A stretch of DNA of 64,000 nt from Vulcanimicrobiota bacterium (GCA_963695225.1 OY968762.1:1536001-1600000), one strand, 5' to 3'; positions 40,229 through 51,159 are shown, counted from the first letter of the stretch. Notes: a model not told the origin generated them from the sequence alone. Program-made: numbers and translations.

Positions 40229-41196
40229 GCCGCCCTCCCGCGAGCTTGTCGCTCGATCTCGATAACGAGTGGTCGTACCTCAAGACGCACGGCGACCCGG
40301 AGTGGGCGGCGCTGCCCTCGTATCTCGATGCCGTCGTGCCGCGCGCGCTGGAGTTCTGCGCGCGCCACGGCCAGCGGATCACGGTCTTCATCGTCGGGCA
40401 AGATGCGGCGCTGCCGCAGCATCACGCGGTCCTGCGCTCGATCGCGGAGGCCGGCCACGAGGTCGGCAATCACTCCTTCAAACACGAGCCGTATCTCGCG
40501 TCCTATTCGCCCGCCGAGATCGACGACGAACTGCGCCGCGCCGACGCGGCGATCCGCGCGGCGACGGGAGCGAAGATCGTAGGATTTCGGGGGCCGGGCT
40601 ACGCGCGCTCGCAGGTGATCCTCGAGACGCTCGCGCGCATGGGCTACGAATACGAAGCCTCGACGCTGCCGACGTACATCGGCCCGCTCGCGCGCGCGTA
40701 CTATTTCCGCACGAGCAAACTCTCGCCCGAAGAGCGGGAACGGCGCAAGGCATTGTTCGGCTCGTTCGCCGACGGCCTCGAACCGCTGCGCATCCGCACG
40801 GTCGAGGCTGCGGGCCGCCGCATCGCGCTGATCCCCGTCACGACGATGCCGCTCCTGAAGATTCCGATCCATTTCAGCTATCTGCTCTACCTCTGCACGT
40901 TTTCGGAGGCGGTGGGCATGGCATACTTCGCGACCGCGATGGCGCTGTGCCGCGCGACCGGCGTGCAGCCTTCGCTCTTGCTCCACCCGCTCGATTTCTT
41001 GGACGGCAGCGATGCGCCGCGCTTGCGCTTCTTCCCGGCGATGAATTTCCCGGCTCGAGAGAAGCTGCGGATCCTCGGCAAGGCGATGGAGCGCTTCGGC
41101 GCGACGTTCGCGAGCACGCCGATCCGCGAGCACGTGGCACCGTATCTCGGCACGAATCTCACGGCCGCTCCGCTTCCGGGAGCGCTCGCGGGCTGA
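40225..41196 (+). CDS. Polysaccharide deacetylase family protein
   Basis: SLDLDN, TVFIVG, GHEVGNHSFKH, GFRGPG, LLHPLD. Confidence 0.88.
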   Translation: MSRPPASLSLDLDNEWSYLKTHGDPEWAALPSYLDAVVPRALEFCARHGQRITVFIVGQDAALPQHHAVLRSIAEAGHEVGNHSFKHEPYLASYSPAEIDDELRRADAAIRAATGAKIVGFRGPGYARSQVILETLARMGYEYEASTLPTYIGPLARAYYFRTSKLSPEERERRKALFGSFADGLEPLRIRTVEAAGRRIALIPVTTMPLLKIPIHFSYLLYLCTFSEAVGMAYFATAMALCRATGVQPSLLLHPLDFLDGSDAPRLRFFPAMNFPAREKLRILGKAMERFGATFASTPIREHVAPYLGTNLTAAPLPGALAG

Positions 41197-41321
41197 AGCC
41201 GGCGGAGCCGTTCTCCCACGGGCGGCGGGACCAATGGACGTCCTCAGGTCCCGGTTTGACAGGCATAATGTGACTGGGCGCACAATTTTACGGATAATAG
41301 CGCCTCCATGAGGATGCAATC

Positions 41322-42035
41322 GTGAACGCGACGCCAGTCAATCTCTACGTCGATCGGTTCATGACCAACTCGCCGAACACGGCCGAGGAAGTCTGGAACG
41401 CGACCAAAGAGCATTCGAAGATCTACGCCGAGGGTGCCCGGAAAGTCGGCTTGAGCGGCTCCGAATATGCCGAATTCCAGCAGGCGCTCCTCGACGGCAA
41501 GGCGTTGTACGTTCGGCTGCCGACGCACATCGACGCGATGGCGGGCCTGCACCATGGCCGGCCGTACGCGATCAAGTCCGTCACAGTCCCCGAAAAAACG
41601 CTCGGTTGGAAGGTTGCGCTTTCCGACGGTACGCTCGTCTACGTTCCGCAAGTTTGCGGCAACCTTTCGCTCGTACACGGAGCGAAAATTGCGCAACATC
41701 CTAAGAAGCCGACGCGAGTTGCGAATGTACCGCGCCAGACCGTCACTCAAGGCTCATCGTATACGCCGGTGACGTTCCAGCCGCCCGAGACGCCGCCGGC
41801 CACTTCGGGGCCGGTCTATTCACAACCGGTCTATACGCCGCCGGTCATCGCCTACACGCAGCCGGTCGTTTCGGCTCCGGAAGTCTCCCACGGATCCTTC
41901 CTACCGTTCCTCGTGCCGATCGTCGCGTTCGTCGGCGGAGCGGTCGGATCGGTCGCGAGCCCCCCGAGCACGATCGTTCCGCCCTGTTCGGAAGGCTCGA
42001 ACCTCTTGGGCGTCTGCCAACTCGGCCGTCGCTGA
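41322..42035 (+). CDS. Hypothetical protein with a VPxxCGN domain, Pro/Thr-rich linker and C-terminal hydrophobic anchor
   Basis: Coding-like ORF, RBS GAGGA, TTGACA upstream. Confidence 0.65.
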   Translation: MNATPVNLYVDRFMTNSPNTAEEVWNATKEHSKIYAEGARKVGLSGSEYAEFQQALLDGKALYVRLPTHIDAMAGLHHGRPYAIKSVTVPEKTLGWKVALSDGTLVYVPQVCGNLSLVHGAKIAQHPKKPTRVANVPRQTVTQGSSYTPVTFQPPETPPATSGPVYSQPVYTPPVIAYTQPVVSAPEVSHGSFLPFLVPIVAFVGGAVGSVASPPSTIVPPCSEGSNLLGVCQLGRR

Positions 42036-42081
42036 GCGCGTGAACGGGGCCGCTCGGCGCGGCCCGGCCCGATAGAGCCTC

Positions 42082-44814
42082 CTACTGCTTCGCCTTCAGC
42101 CGGCGCAGGACGTACTGCAGGATGCCGCCGTTGCGGTAGTACTCCGCTTCGTCGGGGGTATCGATGCGGACGACGGCGCGGAAGGACTTCGTCCCGCCGG
42201 CTGCATCGGTCGCGCGCACTTCGATCGTACTGCGGGGTACGATGCGCTCGCCGAGGCCGGCGATATCGAACGTTTCTTCGCCGTCGAGCCCTAGCGTCGC
42301 CCGATTCTCTCCGGCTGCGAACTCGAGCGGGAGAATGCCCATGCCGACGAGATTGCTGCGGTGGATGCGTTCGAACGATTCCGCGATCACCGCCCGCACG
42401 CCCAGGAGCATCGGCCCCTTCGCCGCCCAGTCGCGTGAAGAGCCCGAACCATATTCCTTCCCCGCGAGCACGATCAGCGGGATCCCCGCCGAGCGGTACG
42501 CCGCCGACGCGTCGAAGATCGACATCTGCTCGCCCGTCCGCAAGTACCGGGTGACGCCGCCTTCGACGCCGGGGACGAGCGCGTTGCGCAGCCGCGTGTT
42601 CGCGAACGTCCCGCGCACCATCACCTCGTGGTTGCCGCGGCGCGCACCGTACGAATTGAAATCCTTGGGAGCGACGCCCTTCTCGATCAGATAGAGTGCG
42701 GCGGGGGAACTCTTCGCGATCGAGCCGGCGGGTGAGATGTGGTCCGTCGTCACGCTATCCCCGAGGACGGCGAGCGCGCGAGCGCCGCGAATATCGCCGG
42801 GCGCGACCGGCTCGGCGGGCATGCCGTCGAAATACGGAGCCCGTTTCACGTACTCCGAAGTCTCGTCCCAGGCATACCGTTCGCCGCCGGGAACCGCGAG
42901 CGCACGCCAGCGATCGTCCCCTGCGTAGACGTCGGCGTAACACTCGCGAAACATCCCTTCGGTCACGCACGCCGCGACGGTCCGCTCGATCTCAGCGTTC
43001 GCCGGCCAGATGTCGGCCAGCGTAACGGGCGTCCCGTCGCTCGCGAAGCCGAGCGGTTCGCTCGTCAAGTCGACATCCATGCGGCCGGCGAGCGCGTAGG
43101 CGACCACGAGCGGAGGCGAGGCGAGGTAATTCGCTCGCACCTGCGGATGGATCCGCCCCTCGAAGTTGCGGTTCCCCGAGAGGACCGCGGCGACGATCAG
43201 ATCGCGTTCCGCGACGGCGTGCGCGACCTCTTCGGGGAGCGGACCGCTGTTCCCGATGCACGTCGTGCAACCGTAGCCGACGAGGTTGAAGCCGAGCGCG
43301 TCGAGATAGGTATCGAGCCCCGCGGCGCGCAGGTAATCCGTGACGACCTTCGAGCCGGGCGCGAGCGACGTCTTGACCCACGGCTTGCGCGTGAGGCCCT
43401 TTTCGACCGCCCGTTTCGCGAGGAGTCCGGCCGCAACGAGCACCGCCGGGTTCGACGTGTTCGTGCACGAGGTGATCGCCGCAATGACGACCGCACCGTC
43501 GGAGAGTTCCGTCGCCGGACGCACCGCGACGGCCGTCCCGCCGCCCTCGCCTTCCAGGCGCGCGAGCGCGGGAGCTTGCGATTTCGCTTCGCGCGCGCCC
43601 TGCCACTCGGCGAGCGCGGCCAGAAACGCCGGTTTGACCTTCGAGAGCGCGACGCGGTCTTGCGGGCGGCGCGGCCCGGCGAGGTTGGCCTCCACCTCCG
43701 AGAGGTCGAGTTCGAGCGTGTCGTTATAGCGAGGATCGGGGGAGTCGTCGGTGCGGAAGAGTCCCTGCGCCTTCGCATACGCTTCGACGAGCGCGACGTG
43801 CTCCGCGCTGCGCCCGGTCAAGCGCAGGTATGCGAGCGTTTGATCGTCGATCGGAAAGATCGCTACGGTCGAACCGTACTCGGGGGACATGTTCCCGATC
43901 GTCGTGCGGTCGCTCACCGTCAGGTTCGCCAGTCCCTTGCCGTAGAACTCGACGAATTTCCCGACGACGCCCTTCTTGCGGAGCATCTGCGTCACGTGCA
44001 GCACGAGGTCGGTCGCGGTGATCCCCTCGCGCAACTTGCCGTGGAGCTTCACGCCGATCACGTCGGGGATCAGCATCGAGACCGGCTGCCCGAGCATCGC
44101 AGCCTCGGCTTCGATGCCGCCGACGCCCCAGGCGAGCACGCCGAGGCCGTTCGCCATCGTCGTGTGCGAGTCGGTCCCGACGACGGTATCCGGATACGCG
44201 AGCGGCTCGACGCTCTCGTCGGAGGCTCCGAAGACGACGCGCGCAAGGTACTCGATGTTGACTTGATGGACGATGCCCGTGTCGGGCGGGACCGCCTTGA
44301 AGCCGTCGAGCGCCTGCTGCCCCCACTTGAGGAACGCATAGCGTTCGCGATTGCGCTCGAATTCGAGATCGGCGTTCACGGCGAACGCCTCGGGCGTACC
44401 GAACGCGTCGACTTGCACCGAGTGATCGATCACGAGTTCGACCGGTTGCAGGGGATTGATTTGTTTGGGCTCGCCGCCCATCGCGACGATCGCGTCGCGC
44501 ATCGCCGCGAGATCGACGACGCACGGAACGCCGGTGAAATCTTGCAAGAGCACGCGCGCCGGGCGGTAGGCGATCTCGCTCGCCGCGGCCTGCTCCGGAT
44601 CCCGGCCCGCGAGCGCCGCGATGTCGTCGCGGGTGACGCTGCGGCCGTCCTCGCAACGAAGTAGATTCTCCAGCAGAATCTTGAGGCTGAACGGCAACGT
44701 CCGCACGTTCGGGAACGCCTCGGAGAGCGCGTCGAGCCGGTAGTACGCGTACGTGCGCGAGCCCACCGTCAGCGCGGCGCGGGCGGAAAAACTGTTCGGA
44801 TGCGGATCGGACAT
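42082..44814 (-). CDS. acnA: Aconitate hydratase A
   Basis: [53 protein letters not shown]. Confidence 0.98.
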   Translation of the reverse strand: MSDPHPNSFSARAALTVGSRTYAYYRLDALSEAFPNVRTLPFSLKILLENLLRCEDGRSVTRDDIAALAGRDPEQAAASEIAYRPARVLLQDFTGVPCVVDLAAMRDAIVAMGGEPKQINPLQPVELVIDHSVQVDAFGTPEAFAVNADLEFERNRERYAFLKWGQQALDGFKAVPPDTGIVHQVNIEYLARVVFGASDESVEPLAYPDTVVGTDSHTTMANGLGVLAWGVGGIEAEAAMLGQPVSMLIPDVIGVKLHGKLREGITATDLVLHVTQMLRKKGVVGKFVEFYGKGLANLTVSDRTTIGNMSPEYGSTVAIFPIDDQTLAYLRLTGRSAEHVALVEAYAKAQGLFRTDDSPDPRYNDTLELDLSEVEANLAGPRRPQDRVALSKVKPAFLAALAEWQGAREAKSQAPALARLEGEGGGTAVAVRPATELSDGAVVIAAITSCTNTSNPAVLVAAGLLAKRAVEKGLTRKPWVKTSLAPGSKVVTDYLRAAGLDTYLDALGFNLVGYGCTTCIGNSGPLPEEVAHAVAERDLIVAAVLSGNRNFEGRIHPQVRANYLASPPLVVAYALAGRMDVDLTSEPLGFASDGTPVTLADIWPANAEIERTVAACVTEGMFRECYADVYAGDDRWRALAVPGGERYAWDETSEYVKRAPYFDGMPAEPVAPGDIRGARALAVLGDSVTTDHISPAGSIAKSSPAALYLIEKGVAPKDFNSYGARRGNHEVMVRGTFANTRLRNALVPGVEGGVTRYLRTGEQMSIFDASAAYRSAGIPLIVLAGKEYGSGSSRDWAAKGPMLLGVRAVIAESFERIHRSNLVGMGILPLEFAAGENRATLGLDGEETFDIAGLGERIVPRSTIEVRATDAAGGTKSFRAVVRIDTPDEAEYYRNGGILQYVLRRLKAKQ

Positions 44815-44844
44815 GGGGCCCGGGTTCGCCCCGGGAGCGACCCG

Positions 44845-46059
44845 TTACTCCGTGCTCGAGGCGAACGCGCGATCCACGCGCGCGACGCGCGGCGAGCCCT
44901 CCGCGGCCCCCGCGATCGAGAGCATCGTCTTCCCGTGCAAGAGCGCGTGCAGCGGTTCGGCGACAAGCCCGCTACGCCAGCTACCGCCCGTTGTCTCGTC
45001 ATCCACGGCGGCGAGCCGCGCGAGAGCCTCCGGCGTCCGCGGCAATTCGCGCGCAATGCGTTCGATCGCGGCCCGCGGCAGGAGTAGCGAGGGCGGGAGG
45101 TCGTTCTCCGCCGCAATCGCGCTGACGAGAACCGAAAGGCAGGCGACGATCGCCTCGCGATCGGGGCCGGGCGGTCGCGCCGGCTTGCGCGGAAGGTCGA
45201 CGTCCTCCAGTGCGAGTCCGCGCTCGACGGCCTCGACGATTCGGTCGCCGTAGGCTTTGCGCGCGCCCGCGTCGAGCCTGCGCAGCTGTGAGAGATCGTC
45301 GCGCGTCGCCGGACGAAGATGGACGATGGCGGCCATCACGTCGTCCGGAATGATGAACTTGAGCGGGACGTCCCGATCGCGCGCGATGCGATCGCGCAAG
45401 ATCGCGACTTCGCGCAGGATGCCGAGCTCGCGACGATTCATCCGCATCGCGCCCGAGATGCGCAGGTAGAGACGCTCGGGATCGGCAGCGTAGCGCGCCG
45501 GATCGACGAGCGAGCGCGCCTCCTCTTCGGCCCATTCCGAACGGCCGCTCCGCGCGAGGGCTTCGCCCAAACGGTCCTGCAGCGTGAAGAGGTGGCGCAC
45601 GTCGTCGACGAGGTATTCGATCTGTTGCGGCGAGAGCGGCCGCGAACTCCAATCGCTGACCGTTTGCGATTTCCGCAAGCGAACGCCGGCGACGTTCTGC
45701 ACCAGGTCGGCGAGCGAGATCGACATGCCGAATCCGCTGAACGCCGCGGCTAGCTGCGTGTCGAACGCGCGCGCGGGCAAACGCCCGAAACGGTCCGCAA
45801 AGATCTTCAGATCGCTCTGCAACGCGTGCCCGACGACGGTCCGGCTCGCAAGGGCGTCCGCGAGCGGCTGCAACGATTGCAGCCGGAGCGGGTCGACTAG
45901 CGCCACCTCGTCGCCGAAGGCGAGTTGCACGACCATCAGCCGCGCCGAGTACGAACGCTCGTTGTGGAATTCCGTATCCAGCGCTACCCGCTCCGCCGTT
46001 GCGACCGTCTCGCAGAGACGCGCGAAGGGTTCCTCTTCATCGATCAACCGGACGTTCAT
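44845..46059 (-). CDS. rnd: Ribonuclease D (DEDDy exonuclease plus HRDC)
   Basis: ALDTEF, HALQSDL, FDTQLAA, SDWSSRPLS, Y-x-x-DDV, HRDC region. Confidence 0.9.
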   Translation of the reverse strand: MNVRLIDEEEPFARLCETVATAERVALDTEFHNERSYSARLMVVQLAFGDEVALVDPLRLQSLQPLADALASRTVVGHALQSDLKIFADRFGRLPARAFDTQLAAAFSGFGMSISLADLVQNVAGVRLRKSQTVSDWSSRPLSPQQIEYLVDDVRHLFTLQDRLGEALARSGRSEWAEEEARSLVDPARYAADPERLYLRISGAMRMNRRELGILREVAILRDRIARDRDVPLKFIIPDDVMAAIVHLRPATRDDLSQLRRLDAGARKAYGDRIVEAVERGLALEDVDLPRKPARPPGPDREAIVACLSVLVSAIAAENDLPPSLLLPRAAIERIARELPRTPEALARLAAVDDETTGGSWRSGLVAEPLHALLHGKTMLSIAGAAEGSPRVARVDRAFASSTE

Positions 46060-46655
46060 GGTCCCACCGGAATCGACCTGACGAGCAGGTCGTGAAGCGT
46101 ATCGGAGACGCTGTCCCCGAAGATTGCAAGGACGGTACAGATCGGAATCGCGATCGCGGACATCGTCAGAATGTGGATGCCGAGCGGGACGCGCATGGCG
46201 GCCGCCGTTTGCGTCGCGATCGTGCCGCCGAGCCCCGGGATGATGCGGACAACGAGCAAGAACATTGGCGACCCGAGCTTGAAATGCCTGACCCACGGCG
46301 GGAGCCGTTGAAACCGTTCCTCGAGATCCAGCAGCCGCGAGGTCCGCAGCGCGACGAGGTACCCGACGATCGCGGCAAAGACGATGCCGAGCGCGTTCAC
46401 AACCGAACCCCAGAGCGGCCCGAAGATGATCCCGTTCATCACCGCGAGCACGTCCGTCACCGAAAACGGCGCCGAGGCCACCAGCGTGAAGATCAGGACC
46501 GCAAGGGGGTAGGCCAATAGTCGATTCGATGCGAGCAGGGTCTCGACCGCCGTCCGCTCCCGTACGACGACCGCGCCGAGGACAAACGACCCGATGAAAA
46601 TTGCGACCGCCTCCGCCCGGCGCCAAGACGTCGGCGTCAAGTAATGTTCTTCCAA
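46056..46655 (-). CDS. DedA/VTT (TVP38) family membrane protein
   Basis: GIIFGPLWG and VRIIPG motifs; TTG start uncertain. Confidence 0.75.
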   Translation of the reverse strand: MEEHYLTPTSWRRAEAVAIFIGSFVLGAVVVRERTAVETLLASNRLLAYPLAVLIFTLVASAPFSVTDVLAVMNGIIFGPLWGSVVNALGIVFAAIVGYLVALRTSRLLDLEERFQRLPPWVRHFKLGSPMFLLVVRIIPGLGGTIATQTAAAMRVPLGIHILTMSAIAIPICTVLAIFGDSVSDTLHDLLVRSIPVGP

Positions 46656-47030
46656 ACCACAATCCTATTGCTTTGCGGCGTGGGCCTGTATGCCTCCGCC
46701 TTCATGCTCCGGAAATGGCGCTCGGCGCAACGCGGGGAGTTGCGGGAGGAGAGCATCGTGCGAACGCCGCAGGCGCGGGCCCTCGGCGGTATCCCGAACG
46801 CGGCGATCGGGATCGTCTACTATGCCGCCCTCGCCGTCGCGGTGCCGGCGCTCGGCCTTGCGACCGTATGGTGGGCCGCGCTGGGGGCGGCGGCGGCCGC
46901 CGGGGCCTTCTCGGCCTATCTGGCGTACGGCCTGCTCTTCGTCACGCGCGCTCCGTGCCCGTACTGTTGGGCAAGCCACGTCGCGAACTGGGCGATCCTC
47001 GCGCTCCTCCTCGCGCTACGGCCGCATTGA
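46644..47030 (+). CDS. Vitamin K epoxide reductase (VKOR) family protein
   Basis: Four TMs, GIPNAAIG, CPYC, H-x-x-N. Confidence 0.8.
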   Translation: MFFQTTILLLCGVGLYASAFMLRKWRSAQRGELREESIVRTPQARALGGIPNAAIGIVYYAALAVAVPALGLATVWWAALGAAAAAGAFSAYLAYGLLFVTRAPCPYCWASHVANWAILALLLALRPH

Positions 47031-47102
47031 TCGCCTCACGAATTGCATCGCGCTTCGCCGTTTCAGCGTCTCGAGCGTCCGGCGCACCGGCGCCGGACGC
47101 GC

Positions 47103-47540
47103 TCACTGAATGACGGTGATCGTATTCGCGTTGAGCGAGCCGTCGCTCTGCGGGTCGCCGGAAACGCTGACCGTGTCGCCGTTCTTGATCGACCAGCCGC
47201 GCGGGTTGATGACCGTCCCCTGATGCAAGTGGATCGAGCGGTACGAATTGCGTCCCGTCTGCACTTGCATCTCGAAGCGGCGGAAATACGAAACCTGTCC
47301 GCGCGTCTCGTTGGCGCGGCGGTTCAGTTCGTCGAGGCCCTGGTTCACCTCGCCCTTGATGATCGAATTGACGGCGTTGATCACCTGATTCACCGTTTGC
47401 CCCCCGAGAGAGCTCGGGAGTTGCGGCGCGCTCGACGTTGCGGCCGGGCTCGGTGAAGGCGTGGGGCCCGTCTCGGCGGCGGCCGCGCCGGCGGCGAGGG
47501 AGAGGGCGAGGGCAAAGGCTGCGACGAAGCGCGTGTTCAT
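47103..47540 (-). CDS. Secreted hypothetical protein (DUF5666/OB-fold-like)
   Basis: Signal peptide, Pro/Ser linker, IHLHQGTVINPRG...GDTVSVSG...LNANTI. Confidence 0.7.
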   Translation of the reverse strand: MNTRFVAAFALALSLAAGAAAAETGPTPSPSPAATSSAPQLPSSLGGQTVNQVINAVNSIIKGEVNQGLDELNRRANETRGQVSYFRRFEMQVQTGRNSYRSIHLHQGTVINPRGWSIKNGDTVSVSGDPQSDGSLNANTITVIQ

Positions 47541-48327
47541 ACGTTTGCGAAACGAAGCGCCGTCCGCCCGAGTTCCCCGCCCCGCCGCCACGGTGATGCT
47601 CGTCCGCGACCGCCCGGCCGGCGGAATAGCCGTGTACATGACGCGGCGCAGCGCCGCGAGCGCGTTCATGCCGGACGCTTACGTCTTCCCGGGAGGCGCC
47701 GCCGACCCGGGCGACGGCGCCCCGGAGATCCTCGCGCGCCTGCATCCGGACGCCCGTGCCGCCGACGCCGGTCGCCGCCCTGCGGCGCTCGTCGAGCCGA
47801 GGCTCGTCGTCACGGCCTTGCGCGAACTCTTCGAGGAAGCGGGGATCCTGTTCGCAGCGGCGCCTGACGGCTCGCCGAAAGCGCTTCCGTCCGAGGTGCT
47901 CGCCGCCGAGCGCGCCGCTCTCCTCCGCGGCGGCCGGTCGCTCCCGGAGCTCTTGGCGGCGAACGACGCCTTCCTCGACGGGCGCGAGCTCGTCTACTAC
48001 TCGAATTGGATCACGCCGGCCGTAGAGCCGCGCCGCTTCGACGCTCACTTCTTCGTCGCGCGCGAGCCGGAGGGACAGACCGCCGCCGCCGATGCGATCG
48101 AAGTGCACGACGGCCTTTGGGTCGCGCCGCAAGAGGCGCTGGAACGAGGGCGCAACAACGAGTTGACGCTCGTCTTCCCGACCATCAAACACCTCGAACG
48201 GTTGGCCGAAGCGTCGTCCGTCGACGGGCTGTTGCGAGCGGCGCGTTCGCGCGTCGTGCGGCCGGTCGAACCCGAAGCGCTGCCGGGCGGCGTCTTCACG
48301 ATACCGCCGGAACGGGAACCCTGGTGA
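47533..48327 (+). CDS. NUDIX hydrolase (NUDT19-like)
   Basis: PRPAATV, VFPGG, RELFEEAG, WITP, RRFDAHFF, FPT; start codon uncertain. Confidence 0.85.
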   Translation: MFIRLRNEAPSARVPRPAATVMLVRDRPAGGIAVYMTRRSAASAFMPDAYVFPGGAADPGDGAPEILARLHPDARAADAGRRPAALVEPRLVVTALRELFEEAGILFAAAPDGSPKALPSEVLAAERAALLRGGRSLPELLAANDAFLDGRELVYYSNWITPAVEPRRFDAHFFVAREPEGQTAAADAIEVHDGLWVAPQEALERGRNNELTLVFPTIKHLERLAEASSVDGLLRAARSRVVRPVEPEALPGGVFTIPPEREPW

Positions 48328-49247
48328 CGCGAGCGCGCGTCACCAGGATCCTCGCGCCCAATCCATCGCCGATGACGCTCGAGGGGACGAACTCATTCCT
48401 CGTCGATGCCGGCGGGGGGCGGGCGTTCGCGATCGATCCCGGTCCCGCGATCCCGGCGCACGTCGAACGCATCGCAGCGACGGCCGACGACCTCGGCCTG
48501 CGGATCGAGGCGATCCTCGTGACGCACGGGCATCCCGATCACGCTCCCGGCGCGGCACCGCTCGCGCTACGCACCGGGGCGCGCATTTACGCCCATGCGG
48601 ACGCGAACGTTCCGTTCGACGCTGCGCTCGCAGACGGCGCGACCGTCCGCGCCGGCGGAACCGAGATCGTCGCCTTCCACGCTCCGGGACACGCGCCCGA
48701 CCACCTGGTCTTCTTCTTAGAGAGCGCGCGCACGCTGTTCACGGGCGATGTGATCGTCGGACGCGGCACGATTCTGATCGCGCCGCCGAACGGCGACATG
48801 CGGGAGTATCAGGCGACGCTCGTTCGCTTGCGTGCGCTCGCGAGCGAGTTCGACCGCATCGAAGGCGGGCACGGCGATGCGATCTCGGAACCGCTCGCGA
48901 AGCTCGACGAATACGTGCGACATCGCGAAATGCGCGAGCGCGCGATCCTCGCGACGCTCGCGCGGGGCCCGCAGTCGATTCCCGAAATCGTCGCGCACGT
49001 CTATCGCGATACGCCGCAAATCCTATGGGGCGCGGCGGCCCGCCAGGTCCTCGCGCACCTGATCGCGCTCGAACGCGAGGGGCGCGTGCACGCCGAGCAT
49101 CTCGAGCGCGCTCCGACCGAGCGCGAGGACGCGATCCTCAACCCCGACGTGGGCGCGCTCGTCGACGAGCACAGCCGCGCCGTCGCGAGCGCGGAACTCG
49201 GCGTCGCAGAGCGCATCGAGCGCCTCGCCGTCTACGAGCGGACGTAG
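48324..49247 (+). CDS. Metallo-beta-lactamase fold hydrolase (LACTB2-like)
   Basis: APNPSPMTLEGTN, THGHPDH, PGHAPDH, LFTGD, C-terminal winged helix. Confidence 0.88.
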   Translation: MTRARVTRILAPNPSPMTLEGTNSFLVDAGGGRAFAIDPGPAIPAHVERIAATADDLGLRIEAILVTHGHPDHAPGAAPLALRTGARIYAHADANVPFDAALADGATVRAGGTEIVAFHAPGHAPDHLVFFLESARTLFTGDVIVGRGTILIAPPNGDMREYQATLVRLRALASEFDRIEGGHGDAISEPLAKLDEYVRHREMRERAILATLARGPQSIPEIVAHVYRDTPQILWGAAARQVLAHLIALEREGRVHAEHLERAPTEREDAILNPDVGALVDEHSRAVASAELGVAERIERLAVYERT

Positions 49248-49268
49248 GCGCCGTCGAAGCGGCGGAAC

Positions 49269-50276
49269 TTACGCGATCGAGAGCACGACCTTCCCGAACT
49301 GCTCCGTTTCGAGTTGGCGACGCGCCGCGTCGACGATCCGCTCCAGCGGGTAGACGCGGTCGACGACGGGCCGCAGGCGCGTTTCCGCTACGAGGCGCAG
49401 CAGCGCCGCGAAATCGGAGGGGCTGCCCATCGATGTTCCGAGGATCGTGAGGTGCTTCCAGAAGATCGGGAAGGGCCGGATCGTCGCGTTCCCGGTCGTC
49501 CCGCCGTAGACGACGATGCGCGCCCCGTACCGCGCGATTTCGAGCGCACGCGAAAACGTTTCGCCGCCGGCGCTGTCGACGACGAGCGTCGGACCGCCGC
49601 CCGAGGCGTCGCGGACTTCCTTGTGCCAGGCGGGCGAGGTCTTGTAGTTGATCGCGACGTCGGCCCCGAGCGCTTTCGCGCGCGCAAGTTTCTCATCGCT
49701 CCCGGACGTGACGATCGTGCGGCAGCCGAAGTGCTTGGCGAACAGCAGCACGAAGGTCTGGACGCCTCCGCCGATGCCGGTGATGAGAACCGTATCCTCC
49801 GGGACCAGCCGCCCGCGCGTGAACGTCGCGCGGTAGGCCGTCAAGCCCGCAAGCGGGAGCGCCGCGGCCTCGGCCTCCGTCAAGTGCTCCGGCGCGGGAT
49901 GGACGTTCTGCGCGGGGACGATCACGTATTCGGCAAACGTCCCGTCGCCCGGCATCCCGACGATCCCGCCGTCGCGGCTGAGGATCCCCGGATCGTCGTT
50001 CCAGCCGAGCTGCGGATCGATGACGACGCGCGTCCCCGGCGGCGGACCCGTGACCCCCGCGCCGAGTTCGGCGACGCTGCCGGCGCCGTCCGAACCCAGC
50101 GTGCACGGGAGCGCGATGCCCGGATAGAGCCCCTGCGTGATGAACAGGTCGCGACGGTTCAACGCAGCGGCGGCGATTCGGACGGAGATCTCGCCGGGCC
50201 CGGGATGGGGCTGCGGCACCTCCTCGACGCGGAGGTTCTCGGGGCCGGTGATTTCGTGCAGACGAGCGGCGCGCAA
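49269..50276 (-). CDS. Medium-chain dehydrogenase / quinone oxidoreductase
   Basis: ALNRRD, LGSDGAG, GIGGGV, GTSMGS, FGKVV; TTG start after AGGAGG. Confidence 0.88.
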   Translation of the reverse strand: MRAARLHEITGPENLRVEEVPQPHPGPGEISVRIAAAALNRRDLFITQGLYPGIALPCTLGSDGAGSVAELGAGVTGPPPGTRVVIDPQLGWNDDPGILSRDGGIVGMPGDGTFAEYVIVPAQNVHPAPEHLTEAEAAALPLAGLTAYRATFTRGRLVPEDTVLITGIGGGVQTFVLLFAKHFGCRTIVTSGSDEKLARAKALGADVAINYKTSPAWHKEVRDASGGGPTLVVDSAGGETFSRALEIARYGARIVVYGGTTGNATIRPFPIFWKHLTILGTSMGSPSDFAALLRLVAETRLRPVVDRVYPLERIVDAARRQLETEQFGKVVLSIA

Positions 50277-50286
50277 GGGAAACCTC

Positions 50287-51159
50287 CTAGATGGACGCGG
50301 CAGGTTCGGGCGTCGGCGCGGGCGCCGGGGAGGCAGACGATTCCTCGGAAGCGGCGGTGGGCGCCGCGCTCGCGGCCGGGACGGGCGAGGCGGAGGCTTG
50401 CGGGCTCGCCGGAGCCGCGGACTCGCCCGGCGGGGCAACGGCCGGGAGTTGCCCGGAGAGGCCGCGGCCGACGTTGACCGCGCGTCCCAACAGCGCCGGC
50501 CCGAACGCCGAGGCTTGCGCCGCGACGCCGAGTGCCGAGGTCAGCCCGCCGCCGAAGAGCACCTGGGCGTACCCAAGCGCGCTCAACACCCCGATCGCGA
50601 GCATCGGGGCGAACGGGCCGATCACGCTCCCCCCGACGACCGTCCCGGCGACGAGATCGCCGAGTCGCTGGTGCTTCGGCGTCACGGCCGCGAGCAGCGG
50701 GCCGATCAAGAGCAGGTCGACGGGGCGGAGCAGATTCCTCGCGAAGACGCGCCCGAAGCCTGCCCACCCTCCTCGCAGCGTACGCACGTTCAGGGCAAAG
50801 AGCATCTTCCCGACCGTCGTGCCGACGAGCGCTTCCATCACGAATGCGAAGATCCACGCGCAGCCGAGCGAGAGGCCGGCGAGCGCGGCAAACGCACCTT
50901 CGCTGCGCGCGGCGACGGGGACGAGGACCCACGCATACGCCGCCGCCCCCCCGATCGCCGCGTTGAAGAAGAACGTCGCGACCAGGTAGCCGATTGCGAA
51001 GATATCGACGCAGGCGGCGCAAAACCGCCGGATCAAGTAGACCGGCAGGCTTCCGAACTTCGGCTCGTACGGCCGCGGCGCCGGCGCCTTGGGCGCGGCG
51101 ACTACGCCCCCCGCTGCCGCCGCCGCCTGGATCGGCGGCGGCGGCGGCAGGTCGCTCAT
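50287..51159 (-). CDS. RDD family membrane protein
   Basis: RRFCAACVD, TVGKMLF, RNLLRPVD, QRLGDLVAGTVV. Confidence 0.85.
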   Translation of the reverse strand: MSDLPPPPPIQAAAAAGGVVAAPKAPAPRPYEPKFGSLPVYLIRRFCAACVDIFAIGYLVATFFFNAAIGGAAAYAWVLVPVAARSEGAFAALAGLSLGCAWIFAFVMEALVGTTVGKMLFALNVRTLRGGWAGFGRVFARNLLRPVDLLLIGPLLAAVTPKHQRLGDLVAGTVVGGSVIGPFAPMLAIGVLSALGYAQVLFGGGLTSALGVAAQASAFGPALLGRAVNVGRGLSGQLPAVAPPGESAAPASPQASASPVPAASAAPTAASEESSASPAPAPTPEPAASI

